A stretch of DNA of 64,000 nt from Alphaproteobacteria bacterium (GTDB lineage Bacteria; Pseudomonadota; Alphaproteobacteria; CAAHEQ01; UBA3637). Position numbers and translations under genes: made by a program. A model generated the notes under the pieces. The model was not told where the DNA came from, did not search any database, and worked only from the letters and a program-made list of their open reading frames with translations. The DNA lies in contig SUVA01000002.1 in the NCBI GenBank assembly GCA_015062245.1, forward strand, positions 25,234-89,233, written 5' to 3'. Positions 59,609-64,000 of this stretch are shown here, in pieces. Position 1 is the stretch's first letter; every line of letters starts with the position of its first letter.

Positions 59609-62272
59609 TTAGTTGGCTTTTTTGGCTTTCACTGCGGCTTGAGCAGCGGCCAATCTTGCCAACGGCACACGATATGGCGAGCAAGAAACACCATTCAAGT
59701 ACTGATTCAAGTACATGATGGAGTTGGCATCACCACCGTGTTCACCACAAATACTCAGGTAAATGTTCGGATTGGTCTTTTTGCCTTCGGCACAGGCCAT
59801 CTGAATCAACTTACCAACACCTGTGGTATCCAAGGATTGGAACGGATCACGGTCATAGATTCCCTTTGTCACGTATTCGGGCAAGAAGGAACCGGCGTCA
59901 TCACGGCTCATACCCAATGTTGTTTGGGTCAAGTCGTTTGTTCCGAATTCAAAGAAGTCAGCCAATTCTGCAATTTCACCAGCCAACAAAGCAGCACGGG
60001 GCAATTCAATCATTGTACCCACTTCGTATGCCACTTTTTTGCCTGTTTCGGCAAAGACTGTGGCGGCTGTTTCATCAATTGTCTTTTTGCAGATTTCCAA
60101 TTCTTTGCGTGAAGAAATCAACGGAACTTCGATTTCGGGCAACACTTTCACGCCGGCATCGGCCACTTGGATAGCGGCTTCAATAATGGCGCGGGTTTGC
60201 ATTTCACAAATTTCCGGATACACCACAGCCAAACGGCAACCACGCAAGCCCAACATTGGGTTGGCTTCGTGTAAAGCGGCTGTACGGGCACGAATTTCTT
60301 CAACTGTTAAGCCCATTTGAGCGGCCAAAGCTTCTTGTTCAGCCGGTTTGTTGGGCAAGAATTCATGCAACGGCGGATCCAATAAACGAATTGTCACGGG
60401 CAGACCGTCCATAATTTTGAACAAAGCCACAAAGTCTTCACGTTGGAACGGCAACAATTTGGCCAAAGCAGCACGACGACCGGCTTCATCTTTTGCCAAA
60501 ATCATTTCACGCATGAAGTTAATACGGCTGGGGTCAAAGAACATGTGTTCTGTACGGCACAAACCGATACCTTCGGCACCAAAATCTTTGGCGGTTTTGG
60601 CATCAGCGGGTGTTTCGGCATTGGCACGAACTTTCAATGTACGGATTTCATCCACCCATGTCATAAATTCACCGAAGTCGCCGGCCATTTCCGGATTGAC
60701 CAAGGGCAATTCACCGGCCATCACTTGACCTGTTGTACCGTCAATAGAAATCATTTCACCGGCCTTTAATGTAACAGAACCGGCTGTCAATGTTTGGGCG
60801 GCATAGTCAATGCGCAAATCGGCCACACCGGACACGCAGGGGATACCCATACCACGGGCAACCACGGCGGCGTGAGATGTCATACCACCACGGGCGGTCA
60901 ACACACCTTGGGACACATGCATACCGGCAATATCTTCCGGAGATGTTTCCACACGCACCAACACCACTTTTTTACCTTCGGCAGCTTGGGCTTCGGCATC
61001 AGCAGCACTGAACACGATTTGACCAACGGCAGCACCGGGGGAAGCCGGCAAACCTGTGGCAATCACTTCGCGTTTGGCGGATTTGTCAAACATCGGGTGC
61101 AATAATTGATCCAAATGTCCGGGTTCAACACGTGTGACGGCTTCTTCTTTTGTAATCAAGCCTTCATGCACCATGTCAACGGCCACTTTCAAGGCTGCCA
61201 AACCGGTACGTTTACCATTACGTGTTTGCAACATCCAGAGTTTTCCGTTTTCAACAGTAAATTCCATATCTTGCATATCTTTGTAATGTTGTTCCAATTT
61301 ATGACGAATGGCATCCAATTCAGCATAAACGACAGGGAATTCTTCTTCCATACAGGGCAAATCCAAACCACGGCGTTCATTACCGATTTTGGAAATTTGT
61401 TGCGGTGTACGAATACCGGCCACCACGTCTTCACCTTGGGCGTTTTTCAAATATTCACCATAGAAATAGTTTTCACCGGTGGCGGCATCACGGCTGAAAC
61501 ACACACCTGTGGCGGAGTTATCGCCACTGTTTCCAAACACCATGGATTGAACGTTCACAGCGGTACCCCAATCGGCGGGAATGTTGTTCAGTTTGCGATA
61601 AAAGATGGCACGTTCGCTCATCCAAGAACCGAACACGGCACCGATAGCACCCCACAATTGTTCGTTCACGTCTTGGGGAACGGGTTTACCTTCGGCGATA
61701 CCGATTTGTTTGTATTCGGCAATCACGGCCTTTAATTGTTCAACGGTCATTTCGCTGTCATGTTTATAACCGTTTTCTTCACGCACACGGTCCAAAACAG
61801 CTTCAAATTTGTGGATATCCACACCCATGGCTGTATCGGAATACATTTGAATGAAACGACGATAGCTGTCATAGGCAAATTTGGGGTTATTTGAAACTTT
61901 GGCCAAACCTTCAACTGTTTGGTCGTTCAAGCCCAAATTCAAAATTGTATCCATCATACCCGGCATGGAAACACGAGCACCGGAACGCACCGAGAACAAC
62001 AACGGATTTTCGGGATCGCCGAATTTTTTACCCATAACGGCTTCCACACCCTTTAATCCTTCCAACACTTGTTGTTTTAAATCTTCGGAATATGTTTTGT
62101 TGTTTTTGTAATAGTAAACACAGGCTTCTGTTGTAATTGTAAAGCCCGGGGGCACAGGCACGCCGATACTGGACATTTCGGCCAGATTAGCACCTTTACC
62201 GCCCAATGTTTCACGCATGGTGGCATCGCCTTCGGCCTTGCCATCACCAAAAGTATAAACCCATTTTGTCAT
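59609..62272 (-). CDS. ppdK: pyruvate, phosphate dikinase
   Basis: Full-length PPDK: ATP-grasp N-terminus, central phospho-His domain (GGMTSHAAVVARGMG), C-terminal PEP-utilizing TIM barrel. Confidence 0.97.
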   Translation of the reverse strand: MTKWVYTFGDGKAEGDATMRETLGGKGANLAEMSSIGVPVPPGFTITTEACVYYYKNNKTYSEDLKQQVLEGLKGVEAVMGKKFGDPENPLLFSVRSGARVSMPGMMDTILNLGLNDQTVEGLAKVSNNPKFAYDSYRRFIQMYSDTAMGVDIHKFEAVLDRVREENGYKHDSEMTVEQLKAVIAEYKQIGIAEGKPVPQDVNEQLWGAIGAVFGSWMSERAIFYRKLNNIPADWGTAVNVQSMVFGNSGDNSATGVCFSRDAATGENYFYGEYLKNAQGEDVVAGIRTPQQISKIGNERRGLDLPCMEEEFPVVYAELDAIRHKLEQHYKDMQDMEFTVENGKLWMLQTRNGKRTGLAALKVAVDMVHEGLITKEEAVTRVEPGHLDQLLHPMFDKSAKREVIATGLPASPGAAVGQIVFSAADAEAQAAEGKKVVLVRVETSPEDIAGMHVSQGVLTARGGMTSHAAVVARGMGIPCVSGVADLRIDYAAQTLTAGSVTLKAGEMISIDGTTGQVMAGELPLVNPEMAGDFGEFMTWVDEIRTLKVRANAETPADAKTAKDFGAEGIGLCRTEHMFFDPSRINFMREMILAKDEAGRRAALAKLLPFQREDFVALFKIMDGLPVTIRLLDPPLHEFLPNKPAEQEALAAQMGLTVEEIRARTAALHEANPMLGLRGCRLAVVYPEICEMQTRAIIEAAIQVADAGVKVLPEIEVPLISSRKELEICKKTIDETAATVFAETGKKVAYEVGTMIELPRAALLAGEIAELADFFEFGTNDLTQTTLGMSRDDAGSFLPEYVTKGIYDRDPFQSLDTTGVGKLIQMACAEGKKTNPNIYLSICGEHGGDANSIMYLNQYLNGVSCSPYRVPLARLAAAQAAVKAKKAN

Positions 62273-62472
62273 ATTTTCTTCCTTGGTTTAAATTAAAAAA
62301 ACCACCCGAATGAAACCACCCAAAGTGGAAAATCCTCTTTTTTTATGAAAAGTCTTTTACCATTTTTTCAAATAAAATGCAAGGTTTTTTTAAAGCTTTC
62401 AGCTCTTTGTATTGAAAAATAATTGACAAAAAACATTTATGTGATATAATTGCCTTATCAAAAGGAGAACAA

Positions 62473-63009
62473 ATGTCATCTTTCAATCAATGTAATTTAG
62501 ATGTAAAAAATACCGTCAAATCAACATTAAAGCGTGCTCAAAAATGGCTTTTGGCGTCTTATCCGTCTGATGTCAGACAGGATAGTAAAGTCAAAATTGA
62601 TGTTCGCCATGCGGGTGAAAAAACGCCTTTTGCACAGTTGGAAACATTTGATGAAAGGGTATATGCGTCTAAAAAAATTGATTACACGAAAGAACCTGTT
62701 TTTGTTCAAATCAGACGTGGTCAGACAAATATTGTTTTGGAACATCACTTTTCGGGGTCAAAAACTCAACCTAAAAAAGAATCGTATTCTATTTTTATTC
62801 AGGCCAGAAACGGCGATATTTATCGTGTTGTTGAAACCCCCGATGGTCAGGTTGTGGATGGGGGAAATCCTTTATTGGTAAGGGCAGCGCAACAGGATAG
62901 AGATTTTTCAAAACTGATTGATTTTGTAAAAGCCGGTAATCCCGTGGAAAATAAAGGAAAATGGGATTTGAATCAGCTGATGATTCAGAGCAGGTTAAAA
63001 ACAAGATAA
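62473..63009 (+). CDS. hypothetical protein
   Basis: 178-aa ORF with plausible AAAGGAG RBS; no homology recognized. Confidence 0.45.
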   Translation: MSSFNQCNLDVKNTVKSTLKRAQKWLLASYPSDVRQDSKVKIDVRHAGEKTPFAQLETFDERVYASKKIDYTKEPVFVQIRRGQTNIVLEHHFSGSKTQPKKESYSIFIQARNGDIYRVVETPDGQVVDGGNPLLVRAAQQDRDFSKLIDFVKAGNPVENKGKWDLNQLMIQSRLKTR

Positions 63010-63214
63010 TCTTTGTTGTTTTTGGGGTTGACCTGAGAATCCATAGGGTGATTCCTTATGGATGCCCGAAAGGTTAGGCATAACAGTAGAGGAAAACATC
63101 TGTATGATAAAAATGGTATAAAGATGGTATAATAAAAAAACCCCCCAATCAGTAAGTAAGAGACTAATGTTTAAACATTGGGGGGCTGGAACAATTTGCC
63201 AGGTATAAAACAAA

Positions 63215-63511
63215 TTATTCCAAAACAGGCAGGGCTTTTACCAACTTAATCGGTAAATTGTATTCACGAATAATGGCTCCGTCATTTGTTTCAACGACCA
63301 AAACGCCCTTTTGTCCTTTTAAATCCGAACGAATCGCCGGATGAATATAATTTAACATAACCGGATTTTTTTCATCCCGATATAAAAGGGCATTTTCCCC
63401 ACCGTCATAAACCATATACGGTGAAGACACGCCACCTATGCGGGCCCGAATTAAAAACATCAGGCGACCTGAGCCGTTTTTCAAAATGTTAAAGCTGGTT
63501 TCACGTTCCAC
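63215..63511 (-). CDS. hypothetical protein, co-transcribed with STAS gene
   Basis: 98-aa ORF starting 3 nt after upstream stop; no homology recognized. Confidence 0.4.
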   Translation of the reverse strand: MERETSFNILKNGSGRLMFLIRARIGGVSSPYMVYDGGENALLYRDEKNPVMLNYIHPAIRSDLKGQKGVLVVETNDGAIIREYNLPIKLVKALPVLE

Positions 63512-63513
63512 TT

Positions 63514-63819
63514 TTAATCCTCAAAATCATACAGGGTGTCAAAGCGTGCGGCGTATAACACGTCTTTTACTTTTCCTTGGGCGCCCTTAATCACCAAATT
63601 GACCTTTTTGGCAACGGCTTCGTCATGGGCAATCACCAACATTCCCAAAGCGGCAGAATCCAAAAATTCACATTCGGACATATTCAATACGATATGTTTT
63701 TCATATCCTGTTTTAATCATAGAAACGATTTCAAAAAAAGTGTCATGATCACGGAAAGTAAAGGATCCGGACAACAAAACTTCCTTGCCGTTTTTTAAAT
63801 TTGTCATCTTATAGTTCAT
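63514..63819 (-). CDS. STAS-domain anti-sigma-factor antagonist (SpoIIAA/RsbV-like)
   Basis: STAS pattern (LSGSFTF...ECEFLDSAALGMLV). Confidence 0.7.
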   Translation of the reverse strand: MNYKMTNLKNGKEVLLSGSFTFRDHDTFFEIVSMIKTGYEKHIVLNMSECEFLDSAALGMLVIAHDEAVAKKVNLVIKGAQGKVKDVLYAARFDTLYDFED

Positions 63820-64000
63820 GGTTTAATCTCCTTCCACATTGATAATGGCTTATTTTTTTGCGTTCGTCAAGTTCTTTTTTGCTTTTTTGTCTTTTTTTTG
63901 AAAAATCATATAATTTGGTGTCCGCCCCGCTTTGATTCCCTTTTGTTCATAGCGGGTGGTAATCCAACCCTTTGGCGGGGTGTGAATATCACGTTTTGTT

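Noticed and set aside
59639-61735. Many ORFs of 60 aa or more on the plus strand antisense to ppdK (e.g. 60794..61105 His/Gly-rich, 61106..61735)
   Set aside because: Fully embedded antisense to a conserved, full-length ppdK. Low-complexity His/Gly/Thr composition is a typical mirror-frame artefact of a GC-richer gene. No RBS.

Overview
This is an AT-rich 64-kb window from a Gram-negative, probably host-associated, alphaproteobacterium-like chromosome. The lineage guess rests on DUF4167, the rpoZ-rsh-acpS block, hppA, ppdK, an ankyrin-like protein, Sel1-like repeats and eukaryote-like domains. Mostly conserved housekeeping genes: mutL, tsaD, hppA, gyrA, the rimP-nusA-ylxR-infB operon, rsh, rpoZ, pyrD, kdsB, rsmE, an M16 peptidase, rnhB, ychF, secA, sodB, rplU-rpmA and ppdK. 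There are three tRNAs (Pro-GGG, Phe-GAA, Leu-TAG), each with a consensus sigma70 promoter 17 bp apart. Two accessory systems stand out. First, a tRNA-Pro-anchored array (about 14.2-19.2 kb) of promoter-bearing gene cassettes, each ended by a ~200-bp repeat; every repeat opens with a degenerate copy of the tRNA 3' end, then a covarying hairpin, then a triple AGTTCG(A/T)AAT motif in +,+,- orientation, which looks like a recombination site. The cassettes carry a methyltransferase, NUDIX+HAD, an EptA-like sulfatase, a small ORF and a flavin reductase. No integrase gene is in the window. Second, a dispersed family of five large cysteine-rich paralogs. Three have an intact type IV prepilin N-terminus, one a degenerate one and one a Sec signal. 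They carry GYY/CxxC furin/ephrin-receptor-like repeats and C-terminal C-type lectin-like or beta-helix modules. One has an in-frame (AC)9 tract in its leader and one has near-identical 177-bp tandem repeats; two flank the nusA-infB operon divergently. Also present: paralogous membrane metallophosphoesterases, a fused HATPase-REC-PP2C partner-switching regulator with a distant STAS gene, a GT2-GT2-pyruvyl-transferase fusion, and a GC-rich candidate structured RNA next to tRNA-Phe. No rRNA, CRISPR, transposase or phage genes were seen.
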